A stretch of 48,435 nt of DNA from Eledone cirrhosa (lineage: Eukaryota), in NCBI GenBank assembly GCA_964016885.1, contig CAXHJY010000033.1, positions 1 to 48,435 of the forward strand, read 5' to 3'. Each line of letters begins with the position of its first letter. Within the stretch, counting starts at the first letter, position 1. This document shows, piece by piece, positions 28,292 through 42,127 of this stretch. The notes below the pieces were generated by a model. The model was not told the DNA's origin and made no database searches. It saw only the letters and a list, made by a program, of their open reading frames with translations. Made by a program: the position numbers and the translations under genes.

Positions 28292-28898
28292 ATGATGGCT
28301 GCCCCCTCGTTATCGAGTATGGCCATTGCATGATATACCATTATTAATAATAATTAATTAATTCTATGCCTGTGCGGGAAGATATTTTTTAAAGTGAGGA
28401 AAGACTGTGCACTGAGCCACTCCCACTCTCTGAGCGACAGTAGCTATAACCAGAAAAGAAGAAAAGATCATCGGTAACTACTGGGCCGCAGGTTTTATGT
28501 CGGAGTTAACCCAGTTACCTGAGTTGTCTTCTCCTAGAAGAATGCCCTGAGAAAGGCTAGGGGTCTTTCACTCCTAGTGGTTTAAACGCGCGATCAGGTG
28601 TCCAGCCCGACTATTTCTATGTCCCCGCGCATATACATACACATGCACCCACGCATATACACATATACACAGACATGTTCATGTGTATATACATATTTAC
28701 ACACTTTTGGATGGCCGTTGACCCTTATGAGTTCTTCCGCCCCTTGTCAGGTTGTGTTTTTTGTCCTGCAGGGTGTCCAAAATCACCCTCCTCACCAAGC
28801 AAACTTGGTGGGGTTGCCGGTTTAGTCGCCGACGACCCCACCATGCTACAGGTTGTACTGGGTTACATGTTACCAGCAGCACTCAAGAGTAACCCGAC
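28292..28898 (-). mobile_element. Fragments of RTE-derived non-autonomous elements
   Basis: Homologous to both ends of 28973-29580. Confidence 0.6.
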
Positions 28899-28972
28899 AT
28901 AATATACATACATATATACATACATACATACATACATACATACATACATACATACATACGTACATACATACA

Positions 28973-29580
28973 TGGTGGCTGCCAACTCGTTTTCGAGTAC
29001 GGCCACTACTTTATATCCATGTAGGAGAACTCCTACCGATGCGCTGAACGAGTGTGACTTTTTAGTCCAGCCAGCGACTTGAAAACTCTGGTACAAACAC
29101 TACACTTGTGACAATTATTGACACATAGTGCTGGGACCATGGCACAATGTGACGACAAGTGCAGAGAGATCTCCAGATATTAAATAAAGCCCGTGCCGCG
29201 AAGCTTTTATAGTGAGCAAAGGCACTGCACAAAGCCAGTCCCACTCTCTCAACCAAGATGATATTTATCAAAAAGAAGAACATGTCAACATCATTGGATA
29301 CCATCAGAGTTGCAGGTGTTATATCAGAGTTTTCCTTCTCCTAGAATTCTGCCTTGACAAAGGCTAAGGGGTCATCCCCCCCGGTGATTTTGGATGGCCA
29401 TTGACTCTTAAGAGCTCCTTTGCCCTTTGACAGGTTTTGTTTTTAGTCCTGCAGGATGTCCAAAGTCACCCTCCTCACCAAGAAACCTTGGTGGGGTTGC
29501 CAGTTTAGTCGCCAACGACCCGACCATGAGACAGGTTGTACTGGGATACATGTTACCAGTAGCACCAACTGGTGACCTGA
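28973..29580 (-). mobile_element. ~600-bp non-coding RTE/RTEX-derived element with (TGTA)n tail
   Basis: RTE 5'-UTR-like TAGCCTTTGTCAAGGCAGAATTCTAGGAGAAGGAAAACTCTGA; 3' end CTCGAAAACGAGTTGGCAGCCACCA(TGTA)n. Confidence 0.7.
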
Positions 29581-29666
29581 CATACGTACATACATACATA
29601 CATACATACATACATACATACATACATACATACATACATACATACATACATACATACATACATACA

Positions 29667-30120
29667 TGGTGGCTGCCAACTCGTTTTCGAGTATGGCCAC
29701 TACTTTATATCCATGTAGGAGAACTCCTACCGATGCGCTGAACGAGTGTGACTTTTTAGTCCAGCCAGCGACTTGAAAACTCTGGTACAAACACTACACT
29801 TGTGACAATTATTGACACATAGTGCTGGGCCCATGGTACCATGTGACGACAAGTGCAGAGAGATCTCCAGATATAAAGCAATGCCTGTGCCGTGAAGCTT
29901 TTATAGTGAGCAAAGGCACTGCACCAAGCCAGTCCCACTCTCTTAACCAAGATGATATTTATCAAAAAGAAGAACAAGTCAACATCATTGGATACCATCA
30001 GGGTTGCAGGTGTTATATCAGAGTTTTCCTTCTCTTAGAATTCTGCCTTGACAAAGGCTAAGGGGTCATCTCTCCCGGTGATTTTGGATGGCCATTGACT
30101 CTTAAGAGCTCCTTTGCTCT
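29667..30120 (-). mobile_element. 5'-truncated second copy of the RTE-derived element
   Basis: Near-identical to 28973-29428. Confidence 0.8.
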
Positions 30121-30152
<32 letters not shown>

Positions 30153-30271
30153 CATACATACATAATATACATACATATATACATACATATATATATATAT
30201 ATATATGCATAAATACGTACATACATACATACATTAATACATACATACATACATAAATATATATATGTATG

Positions 30272-30415
30272 TACCGTTTCGACAGCTAGATCCGAACGGT
30301 CGGAGCTCAGCTATCGGGGTCCTGACTCCATCCCCTTTACCCACTCTACTACCCTAAGTATTGAGTACTCTGGTGCGTTATGGTCGACCTGGTATCGTCC
30401 ACACCCGCTTTGTTT
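30272..30415. mobile_element. Family A variant with inversion
   Basis: CCGTTTCGACAGCTAGATCCGAAC (as at 1900-1923) joined to the opposite-strand family A end. Confidence 0.7.
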
Positions 30416-30486
<71 letters not shown>

Positions 30487-30861
30487 ATTATATATATATA
30501 TATATATATATAATCTATTTATGTTTGTACAAGGAACAAAGTGCGCTACCTAAGGATTCAAGGTCCAATTATGACAATCTCCCCAGATTATGCACGGTGG
30601 TGTAGAGTGGAACGGCCATCAAACGTAAGACCTATGTGAAACAGTATAAATATACTACATATATTATCATTCAGACGATGATTATAAAGTGTCATCTGAA
30701 ATATTCTTCCCCGTACAAAATTATTCAATGTATTCCGTTATAATACGGTAGAAATAGTTTCAGGGATATGTCTGTGACTGCTATTTCTAGGAGTTACAGC
30801 AACCACACCGATACCCCTTACTGCCAAATTACGTTCTATTCACCAATGATATCGTACTCAC

Positions 30862-31030
30862 TGCTGAAAGCAAGGAAATGAAGCACGCGCTAGTTAAATT
30901 GATTTCCACTGTATTCACGTGAACGAGTATTTGATAAAATATTATAATGTAGAACACAATATAACATCTGTTTAAGAGTTGGCGAATGTATCTCCCTGAT
31001 GGGATACGAACTGAAACCATAACGACTCGT
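30862..31030 (-). CDS. Candidate coding exon 2 of the membrane-protein gene
   Basis: TTTCTGTCTGTGTTTAG acceptor, GTGAGT donor, 169 nt; phase-2 start matches the exon at 42540; RVVMVSVRIPSGRYIRQLLNRCYIVFYIIIFYQILVHVNTVEINLTSACFISLLSA. Confidence 0.55.
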
Positions 31031-31073
31031 CTAAACACAGACAGAAACACACATTATTACTTATTAACCTCAC

Positions 31074-31123
<50 letters not shown>

Positions 31124-31616
31124 TCATAGCCTAAACCTCCATTACAAACACAGAGATAGCACACGCAATATCCTGTCACAATTCTACATTAACAAGCACA
31201 TTGATAAAATTATATACTCACCTCATCTACATAGACGTATGTTTACTTACAAAAGTACTTATTTAGATAGACACAATAGATAGATACACATACATACATA
31301 CACCCACGCGAACACAATCGTCCATACACACTCATTACTCATCTGTACAGAAAAACTAGCCACAACAAAAATAATAAGACAACAACAAGGAAATTATAAC
31401 AATAGCACTAATAATAAGAAAATAATTGTCGCTAGAGAATCTATGAAAACGCCATTTTAGTTAATTAGGTACCTGTTAATTAAAATCTTGACTGATTAAC
31501 TGGCTAGCGTAGATATCTGACGAGCAGATGTTGTCTGATTATATAAATGAACCAACGGTTATATTTCCAACACTGATTACATACAAAACGTCATTTGATG
31601 ATGTGTCTGTGTGTAT

Positions 31617-31648
<32 letters not shown>

Positions 31649-31682
31649 AGAGAAAGAGAAGGAGGCGAAAGAGTGTGTGTTT

Positions 31683-31744
<62 letters not shown>

Positions 31745-32189
31745 GTGTGTGTGTGTGTGCGTGTGCGTGCGTGTTAGGGCTGTTATGTTTTTGTTTGTTT
31801 TTGTAGTTCTTTGAAGATAACTGATTAGAAATATATCTGTCGGCTACCAGTTGACTAATTAGATATTGGTAAACTTTGAGGTCGACAATTAAAAAAGTGA
31901 TCCATATTTTTTCAGGGTAATGTGGCATAATATCTGTAACGGAGAATATATTATATAACAGGAAAATAACTGCCAAAAATGAATCATTTTTTAATTAGAC
32001 TGAAAGTCTAGTGTTTTTAAAATAAGAGTTCGTGTGTCCATTCCCTCACTAGGAGAACAATAAGGCACATAATACTTCCATTATGCTTTTACTTATATCA
32101 AAAATTTGCTTTTTTCGATATTTATCTTTTATTTCATTGTATTATATATTCGGCTGACCCAATTTCATTGCATTATCCATATAATTTCA

Positions 32190-32645
32190 GGGCGATGGAT
32201 TGGTAGTATTCGGTAGAGCGTCAGACACCATGCTTCATGGTATAGAGTTAGGGCCCTTTACGTTCTTAGTTCAAATCCCGCCGAGGTTAGCTTTGCCTTA
32301 CATCCTTACAGGGTCGATAAAATAAAGTACCAGTAACGCACTGGAGTTGATTTAATAGATTATCCCCTCCCCCAAAAATTGTTGGATTTGTGCCTAAATC
32401 AGAAACCATTAAACATAAAATTTCAGGGTCGTGGATTGGCAGTAATTGGTAGAACGTCGGACACCATCCTTCAGGGTGTAGAGTTACAGCCTTTTACGTG
32501 TTGATTTCAAATCCCACCGAGTTTAGCTTTGCCTTACATCCTTACAGGGTCGATAAAATAAAGTACTTCTAACGTACTGACGTCGTTTCAATCGACTTTC
32601 TCCTAAAAAAGAATTGTTGTCCTCATGCCTAAATGAGAAACGATT
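32190..32645 (+). mobile_element. Two tandem OR-like SINEs
   Basis: Copies at ~32190-32410 and ~32425-32645. Confidence 0.8.
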
Positions 32646-33069
32646 AATATATATTGGGATGGCTCAGTCAAGGTCAAGATATACCTACAGGAGGAGTTAT
32701 ATTCAGCATTTTAATCAAATAAATATTTTGTAATTTTAACAGTGCCGTGAGCCAGCGAAAGAGTCTTTATGTAGTCGCTCGGCTTCTAAGAATTCACAGC
32801 CAAATCTTCAAATACCTCCACACCGTCTTCAGCAAAGGACACTTGTATAATGTTATTTAAGGTACATATGAATTCAAATATAGGTGATGTCCATGACTTA
32901 AATACCTTTCCCCACGGGTCAGTTCAAACAGGACTGGTATGGACTTTAGCAAGGAAAACAACATGTATATTGTGACTATGATTTATTTCCCACCATGTGG
33001 TGGATTAAAACATATGCGCATTGATAAATTGCAGACAGAGCATATAGCTTATCATATACATACAAATCC

Positions 33070-33310
33070 CGGAGAGCTCAATTTGCTGGCCACTGTCACC
33101 GTGCCAGCAATGAAATCATATCCGCTCTCTTGCTCTGGAACCCTGACTCCAGCCTGACTAGGAGTAGGAAGCTGTCATTCCCTGACGTTATCTCTAGGGA
33201 TACGGGAATCAGCAGACAGGACCTGGGGGCAGCGATGGGGGACAGGGGATTCTGGGGCATGAGCCTGAGATCCATCATCTCGACAGTAGTCGACGAGTGA
33301 TGATGATGAC
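33070..33310 (+). mobile_element. 3' end of an RTE/RTEX LINE with (TGA)n tail
   Basis: Translates RRAQFAGHCHR..LLLWNP..FPDVISRDTG..AMGDR..W, stop at 33300, then TGATGATGA. Confidence 0.8.
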
Positions 33311-34416
33311 ATACATATTTATTTTAATATCAAATTAACTATGACGTCTAGATAAACGTGAACGACGCGTCCAAAAATGCAATTAGACATATACTATATT
33401 AACACCTCCACCATCTCTTTATATTAAAATCACAGAAAACTTATGAATGGTGAAAATATTGAACAAGTATATTGCTACAAAATGCTTAACCAGCACCGAA
33501 AGTGTTAATGTACAATAACAAGTTTGTTTATAAAAGCATTCCACCTTTTAATTCATGCAGTTATTTGTTTAAAGTTAATTTTATTATTATTATATTAATT
33601 TAAATATTACATTATCTACCTACAAATTCCAATAATTGCTCTATTTTTTACACTTCAATAAATTTATGATCATGTTTTAAATTTTATATCAACTTGTCTT
33701 TCACCCATGTCTGGCAATTTGGCTGATATTTGCCGTATACGCAATAATTATTTGAAATAATGCAGTCATATACACACTTTTATATTTAAATATTTAAACA
33801 GCTCTCTGTTTATCCATAGCACACAATTTCTTAATGTCTACTTCATTTTAATCCACTTTAATGTTACATTATAAAAATGTATATTCAACTCGTATGGTAA
33901 TGTATTCACTTTCACACTTATTCCTTTAATTTGATGACATGTTTTATATTTATCTATTTGTACACATTTTTTGATACCCTATAAGCATTTATGCTCTACC
34001 TTCTATTCAAACGTATTTCCATGCACTTCCCTTTAATGGTTTGTTTAAGTTATTTTTATTCAGTATTTCCGTTGTCTTAGTGAATAACAAAATACGCTCT
34101 GTCACAGCTTATTACTATGATGTTTCCATATATTCTTATTATTACTACGAGGAAATCTTCTAGAACACAATGATATTTTAAAATAGGCATGTTGTAGTCA
34201 TTCTCTCTGTTCACTTACTATGTATAAGGATTCTCTCTATGAAAATATCGAGGCACTATTCTACAGAACCTAATGATTTCCAGGTAATCTTTAATAAGCC
34301 TTTATGTATGTATGCATCTATGTATGTATGTATGCGTGTGTATGTTTCTCTGCATGCATGCAGGTATGTATGTTCGTATGTATGTGTGAATATAAATATA
34401 TATATATATATATATA

Positions 34417-35074
34417 TAGAAATTGATTGACATATAAATATATCTAAAATAAACATATGAAACAATCACAGGGGATAATTTGTAAAAGTGTGTAAGCACA
34501 CATAGCTAGGTAGGTAACTAAATAAAGTTTAACTAGAACTTCAAAAATAGATACCTTATAAATTGATTAATCTTCCTTGTATATATTCCATTAAAGAAAT
34601 ATATTTCACCAATTAATCGATTGGTAAACGACAGTAGCCAGATCCTGGATTTTCAACAAGGAAGAGGTCCAACCATCTGTGTTTACGCATCAAGTTCAAA
34701 TCAGCGACTGGCCAGTAACACGTGCTGTATTTACTAAAAATACCCACATCGTACCAGCTTCGTCCCAGTGGCGTGAAAAGGGTTATCGACAACTAGAAAT
34801 AGCAGTCAAGTCCTTTCAACTGAGTTAGCTCTACAATTAAGGGGCCGTATTTATATTTATCAAAAATTAAGTTAAATTAAGGGTGTCATGTCAGATAGAC
34901 ATGCGCCATACCTCCCGTGATTGTTTCATATGGTTATTTTAGATATATTTATATGTTAATCAATTTCTAGTTGATATAAAATGCTCGAATCTATTCATTG
35001 GAATCTTGGAGCATATTTTACGGGAGATATGGTGCATGTCTATCTGACATGACATCCTTAATTTAACTTAATTT

Positions 35075-35077
<3 letters not shown>
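34417..35077. mobile_element. Family G element with two interleaved inverted segments, in (TA)n
   Basis: 34417-34469 inverted at 34917-34970; 34861-34918 inverted at 35020-35077. Confidence 0.75.
34571..34665 (-). ncRNA. Type I hammerhead with U3:A8 core and branched stem II (family G)
   Basis: TCTTCCTTG-TTGAAAA-[CCAG/CTGG and ACCAAT/ATTGGT hairpins]-GAA-ATATATTTC tttaat GGAATATAT-A-CAAGGAAGA: 9-bp stem I and 9-bp stem III. Confidence 0.7.
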
Positions 35078-35140
<63 letters not shown>

Positions 35141-35471
35141 TAAACTTACACACACACATCTTCCTAAATACATGCACACATATTAAACACATACATATAT
35201 ACTTACATACATACATGCATGCATTCATACATACATACATACAAGCATACATACGAGTATTCATACATACATACATATATACATACATACATACATATAT
35301 ACATACATACATACATACATACATACATACATACATACATACATACATACATACATACATACATACATGCACACACACACACACATACATACATACATAC
35401 ATACATACATACATACATACATACATACATACATACATACATACATACATAAAATAAATACATACATACAT

Positions 35472-35922
35472 AAAATAAAAACTGCCACCAAATTAAAGCA
35501 CAACCGGCCTGATATTGTAGTTTGGGACCATACATTGAAAACGTGTTCTGTTGTGGAGATCAGCTGCCCACTTGATGTAAACGTTGTCAGAAAAATACAG
35601 GAGAAGGAGGACATCTACGGACCATTGATGAGGAGTTTACAAATCCAGTATCCAAGATACACCTTTAGCTTCATACCCATCATTATTGGTGCTACGGGTT
35701 ATATACCAACCCGCTTGGACCAAAGTATGACTGAACTTGGATTTGTGGACAAAAAGCGCAGCTCCCTAATTCATAGTCTACAAATGGCTGCGATAGCTGG
35801 CACCTTCAAAATTTGCAAAACATTCTTGCGATTCAAGGGATGACAATTTCTTTTCTTTTACAACCTTGCCACCAGGAAGGTGGCCGGTCAAAAAAATATA
35901 CTCGAAATTAAGAGAAAGAGAA
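35472..35922 (+). mobile_element. 3' fragment of an R4/Dong-type non-LTR element (RLE domain) in (TACA)n
   Basis: HNRPDIVVWD..VEISCP..EK..Y..PIIIGATG; stop at 35843; short 3' UTR followed by ACATACATAC. Confidence 0.85.
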
Positions 35923-36231
35923 AACATACATACAATTTTACTTACTACATTCTTTTAATGAATATTCTTATTCGAAGAGTTTAATGTTATGTCTATTAGT
36001 TTGTATATATTTTAATAACTTTTGTTAGAAGTAATACTGATTGTCGTACCATTCATTGAAATCTGCTCCCTCATTATATTTGTATAATAAACCCCAAACA
36101 ATTCATTAATTTTCAAAAAGTTCATGTTCAGAACGTTCTAAGTCTCATTTCCCCACCTCTCTACTGAAGAGATCGATTTAGGTACAATGTTTACGTACAC
36201 ATGTCTCTGCTGTTTATACCGCCTTTAATAT

Positions 36232-36615
36232 ATTTTGGATGGTTTTTGATTCTCCTGAGTTCCCCCGCCCTTTGGCGGGTTTTGTTTTTCAACCTGCAGG
36301 TTGTCCAAAATCACCCTCCTCACCAAGCAGGTTTGGTCGGTTGCCGGTTTAGTCGACGACAATTTGACCATGCACTAAATTTATTCTTTATTCCTATTTT
36401 TTTTTTTTTTTTTACTAATAGACTCCTAGGCTTCATTAAGACATCTCTCTAGGAGAAGGTCACTCTGATACAAAACTTGACTTCGTTTGTATCCAATGAT
36501 GTAGACCAGTTCTTCTTTTTGGGTAAATGCATTCGATGTTCAGAGAGTGGGATTGGCTTCATTCAAAACCTATCTTCACTTAAAAAAGCTTCGAGCACAG
36601 GCATCGCTTGATATG
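36232..36615. mobile_element. Diverged RTE-derived element with inverted 5' part
   Basis: 36232-36370 parallel to 29390-29525; 36425-36610 antiparallel to 29185-29370. Confidence 0.6.
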
Positions 36616-36932
36616 AGACATGTTTTGCACTGCATGGTATTGCTGGCCATAGACAAGTCCCTAGCAGGACTAAAACGCTATGTCCGTGCTGCTCATGCTT
36701 AAGTATCAAGCGATAGCATTACTCAAAATTCAGTTGTAACCATCAATATATTTCACTTAAAATATTTTCAACGGAAGAAAGACTTATATTCCATTTAACA
36801 ATCCATCTATCTATCCATCACCTCGGAACTAGTAATTTCGGTTGTATGGGGGTACCATCGTAACATATGGGTATTTAAACCGGGGTGAAGCCCATCATTC
36901 TTCAGGTTGGAACGCAGGCAATTTCTTCCTCC

Positions 36933-37020
<88 letters not shown>

Positions 37021-37187
37021 CGAGTGTGATTGAAAGAAAGAAAGAGAGACTGAGAAATAATCAACCCCAGTACTGGGTTGGTACTTTATTGATCTAGAAA
37101 GGGGGAAAGGAAAAGTTGATAACGTTAAGTATTTGTAGTCAATGTACAGGAATGCATACCGCGTTCTAACAATTCAACATTATATAA

Positions 37188-37885
37188 GGCGGTGGATGGC
37201 AGTATCGGTAGAGAGTCGGACGTCATGCTTTACAGCATAGTTACGTCCCTGAACGTTCTGAGTTTAAATCCCACCGAGGTTAACTTTGCTTTTCATCCTT
37301 ACGGGGTCGATAAAATAAAGTACCAGTAATACACTGAGATAATTGCTGGCCTTGTGCCAAAAGTAGAAACAATTATATATTTTAATATAATTGTTTCTAC
37401 TTTTTGGCACAAGGCCAGCAATTATCTCAGTTTATTACTGGTACTTTATTTTATCGACCCCGTAAGGATGAAAGGCAAAGTTAACCTCGGTGGGATTTGA
37501 ACTCAGACCATAAAGGGCCGTAACACTTTGCTGCAAAGCATAGCGTCCGACCTTCTACAAATACTGCCAATCCACCATAGTATAATATAATATAATATAA
37601 TATAATATAATATAATATAATATAATATTATATAATATAATATAATATAATATAATATAATATAATATAATATAATATAATATAATATAATATAATTGTT
37701 TCTACTTTTTGGCACAAGGCCAGCAATTACCCAGTGCATTACTGGTACTTTATTGTATCGACCCCGTAAGGATGAAAGGCAAAGTTAACCTCGGCGGGAT
37801 TTGAACTCAGAATGGCAAAGACCGTAACTCTTTGCCTCAAAGCATGGCGTCCGACCCTCTACCGATACTGCCAATCCATCGCCCT
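37188..37885. mobile_element. Cluster of three OR-like SINEs (+37188-37375, -37390-37577, -37694-37885)
   Basis: Full-length matches; (TATAA)n between and after them. Confidence 0.85.
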
Positions 37886-37887
37886 TC

Positions 37888-38106
37888 ATATAATATAATA
37901 TAATATAATATAATATAATATAATATAATATAATATAATATAATATAATATAATATAATATAATATAATATAATATAATATAATATAATATAATATAATA
38001 TAATATAATATAATATAATATAATATAATATAATATAATATAATATAATATAATATAATATAATATAATATAATATAATATAATATAATATAATATAATA
38101 TAATAT
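37888..38106. repeat. (TATAA)n pentanucleotide repeat (also 37581-37694)
   Basis: Directly visible. Confidence 0.97.
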
Positions 38107-38489
38107 ATTTTTATAATCAAGCCGCGTGACTTACTTGTTAGGCAATGCTACTTATGATCATAAGGTAATGAACTAAATTTCCGATGTTGCACTGTGTCCT
38201 TGAATAACAGAATTTCTTTCCCGTTGTTTCAGTCCACCTAGCTGGAATATATAGGATGTATCTGTAATTCAAATGACCAATCCGGTAACACCTCGTCACG
38301 TTGAATTCTCCCGGGAACTACGTTAAAGATACATATATATGCGAATGCTAATATACTTACACGTTAAATTCACTAACAAGTTGTACCGTTGATCAAATAC
38401 GTGGAACTTTCATTGTTGACATTGAGGAAAGTACAACCAGAACGAGAACTATTTTAAAATAACTAATTACCACATTCAAATACAAGGGA

Positions 38490-38919
38490 CCGAAAGGGGT
38501 TGCTCCGAAGTGTCGGTGGAGTATCGTTACTCGATATAGTGCGTGATTCGGGGTTCAGGGAGACGCAACAGATAGAGCCTCTATTTCTCCGAATTGAGAG
38601 ATCCCAGCTTCGATACTATGGTCGTGTGCTTAGAATGTGCTAGGAAAGAATCAATGGTCAGAATTTACGGGCAAATCCCTCCGGCAGGAGATCCGGTGGT
38701 GTGGGGGGCTAGAACCCGAGAAAGACCGTTGGATAACATCCATGAACTTGCCTGGTCAATTGGAGACGGTTGCACCTGACAGGACCAACTGGAAGGAGTG
38801 TTTGAGGACGCTGCCCCCACAAACCTTCTAGGAAGAAGAAGAAGAAGAAGAAGAAGAAGAAGAAGAAGAAGAAGAAGAAGAAGAAGAAGAAGAAGAAGAA
38901 GAAGAAGAAGAAGAAGAAG

Positions 38920-38980
<61 letters not shown>
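38490..38980 (+). mobile_element. Decayed 3' end of an RTE-type LINE with (GAA)n(CAA)n tail
   Basis: Broken frames give RSQLRYYGRVLRM..ER, GRR, DNIHELAW, VAPDRTNWKECLRTLPPQ. Confidence 0.7.
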
Positions 38981-39214
38981 TTTGTAAATGTGTATAACAT
39001 ACATATATACTTACATACATATATTCATGCATACATAGATACATACATAGTTACATTTACTCATATATATATATAGATAGATAGATAGATAATGAGAGAG
39101 AGAATGAGTGAGAAAGAAAAAGGACATAGAGAGAGAAACAGAAAGTGAGAAACAGATAGATAGCTAGAGAGAGTGGGGGAGAGAAAGGGAGAGAGAGAGG
39201 GTGGAGAGAGGGGG

Positions 39215-39286
<72 letters not shown>

Positions 39287-40159
39287 AAATTCCTACATAT
39301 AAGCATGCTTGCATACACATACACAAACATATATTTATATATCTCTAGAATAACTGCTACCGATACATACTTTCACAAGTTTTATTGAATTCTAGAGGTC
39401 ATTTGCAAATATTGATTTATGTGAATGCAGTGAAGATTTTATAGTCTATTGAACCTTTGCCAGTATGTTAAAGGTTGACTTTTGATCACGGAGTGTAAGA
39501 TGAAAAGCAAAGTCAACCCTTGACTTTGTTTGATTTCAGACCTTTGTAAAATCCCCTGTAGAACGCTTTACCAATTCTGTCAGAAATGTTTATATCGGAA
39601 ATATTTGATATCTAATCAGTAATCCAATGTTATTAATATAATATACATCCAGATCTCATAATATACGTGGTACTCGGACATTCTCGTCACTGGTCAACAT
39701 CTTATCTAAATCGAATCAACGAAGGAGCCTCTACGTCGCTCCGACGCTCAGCCTGCTATACATAGCAGTCAAGTTTTGATCGAATCACACCCTAACATCT
39801 GACACGATGGACAAAGGCAGTTCGTCATATACAAAAACCTTAGGTTGCCATGACTATTATGTCTTTGTTCATAGCTCAACTCGATCAGAGCTGATTTAGA
39901 GTCGAACAACATTAATCTAAACAAAACACTCGAGATATTTGGGATAATCTTTAAAGCGTTGGTCAAAATGTTGTAAGGTATTTATATATATGTCATTTTG
40001 CTTTTGCAGTCCAACACATCTTTCTTTTCAGTGTTGTATAGAATAAGTAGCACTCGAGTGCTGAAGCCGATCTAATCGATAATATATTACACTTTATTTT
40101 TAGACGTTCTTTTGTTGAAATTTATTAGAACATTTAATTGAAATTCATTATTACTAACT

Positions 40160-40530
40160 TGGTGGATTGGCAGTACTGGTAGAGGGTCGGACGCTCTGCT
40201 TGCAGCATAGAGTTACGGCCCTTTATGGTCTGAGTTCAAATCCTGCTGAGGTTAATGTTGCCTTTCATCCTTACAGAGTCGATAAAATAAAGTATCAGTA
40301 ATGCACTGGATAATTGCTTGCCTTGTGCCAAAAGTAGAAGCAATATTTACCATAGGGCAGTGGATTCGCAGAGTTGGTAGAGTGTCGGATAAAATGCTTA
40401 GCAGCATAGAGTTATGACCGCTATGTTTTGAATTCAAATCCCACCGAGGTTAGCTTTGCCTTTCATCCTTACGGGGTCGATAAAATAAAGTACCAGTAAT
40501 GCACTGGGGTCGATTTAATTGACTTTCCCT
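40160..40530 (+). mobile_element. Two tandem OR-like SINEs
   Basis: Copies at ~40160-40345 and ~40356-40530. Confidence 0.8.
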
Positions 40531-40655
40531 TCTAGAGATCAGTTTCCAAGACCTACCCCGAGGACGTCGACAACTTGGTTCCCGGAGAAATTGCTGATGC
40601 TTTTCACATTAGTCGAAGATATATATACTGTAAGCATATGCACTTCTGTAGTAGT

Positions 40656-40880
40656 GGCGTGTGGCCTAGTGGTAGGGGTGTTGGACTTACTATCATAATG
40701 TTGTGGGTTCGATTCCTGGACTAGGTTGTGTGTTGTGTTCTTGAGCAAAACATCCTTTCACAGCATTTCACGTTGCTCCACTATACTCAGCTTAAAATTA
40801 CTACCAGTAATAGCTGGGAGTGTAAAGCGGCGATGGACTGGCGTCCTGTCCAGGGGAAATGTTGTACTCTCAGTCGCTAA
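40656..40880 (+). mobile_element. tRNA-derived SINE (second family)
   Basis: TGGCCTAGTGG A box, GGTTCGATTCC B box, CTTGAGCAAAAC, CGATGGACTGGCGTCCTGTCCAGGGG. Confidence 0.75.
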
Positions 40881-41714
40881 CGAATCTTCTGCCTTAGACA
40901 GACTTTAGAATGTAGATATGTACTTCTACTATAAATATTCCACTTTGGAAATAATATCTAGAATTATGTCATCTAAATTGATCAGATTTGAGGAAGTTTG
41001 GGCTGCTTGTTCTAAGCAGTCGAGCAACAGATTATAATTCGAGCGTACTCTCCAAGAATATGAAGAGAAGTGAAATATAATGAAAGAAAAGTTTTCTTGG
41101 CGAAGTATGAAGGTGGAAACTCTAGATAAAAGAACCCATTTAACCTTTCTAACAAATAGAAAATAATTTTTGCCTCATATATATATGGAGTTGTGATGAC
41201 GCGTAGAGATTTCAGTTGCTAACGTTGCACTGTGTTGGCCGTCACATAAAGTCATAACCGACACGGACTGGAATCGAATTCTGTCGATCGATTGGTTATC
41301 GATTAGGCGAAACCCGCTGATGTAGCCACATGCGCCGATTGTGTATTGTTGCATAATATATGCGGACAGTGGATGCTGTGCACTTTATTACTGCATTAAG
41401 TGTGGTCGAAACTCGAGTAAGGGATTAATGGAAGGTACCCATTTACGTGCGTTTTATAGAAGCGAATAACTGTGTCTACTGTTTATTTAACATTACCTAT
41501 TGAGAATTTTTGCTGGAGCCACTTTTTTAACATAAAAACAGTCTTGGCGCAAAATCAATTTTTTACATTCACATGACCTCTACCGACCAATCAAAATTGT
41601 TTTGACCACAAGAATTTTTGCAAATTGGAGCCACTTTTTTAACATAAAAACAGGTAGAATCCCCAAAACTAATCAGATCAGAGCAAACAGCACGGACACT
41701 CTATCTCAAAATTA

Positions 41715-41751
41715 TTTTTGAAAAGCATTTAGAAATGCGCAACCGGTAAAA
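41715..41751 (+). ncRNA. Family B-related U3:A8 hammerhead, probably inactivated (GAAA>GCAA)
   Basis: TTT-TTGAAAA-GCATTT ag AAATGC-GCAA-CCG-GTA-AAA, preceded by CTATCTCAAA as in family B. Confidence 0.5.
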
Positions 41752-41869
41752 ACTTAAAAACTTAAAACCACAACTGAATATTAACCCATACAATCACTAA
41801 TACTCTTTTATTCCTAATTAAACCATTTTTCAACTGTGAACAATTTGTCAGCATTTTCTATTCCGTTTA

Positions 41870-41925
<56 letters not shown>

Positions 41926-41937
41926 CATATATATGTT

Positions 41938-42127
41938 TTAATATAGAAGAGCTTCTACAGAACTAGAACTGTTTCATTCGTGAGAAATGCGCTTCCTGAT
42001 GATTTCTCACGAATGAAACAGTTCTAGTCCTGTAGAAGTTCTTCTATATTAATATTAAAACTCTTATACTCAGCTATGTATTGTGTACCTTACTTACTGT
42101 GGTTACCTCCCATTCAACCCGGAATAA

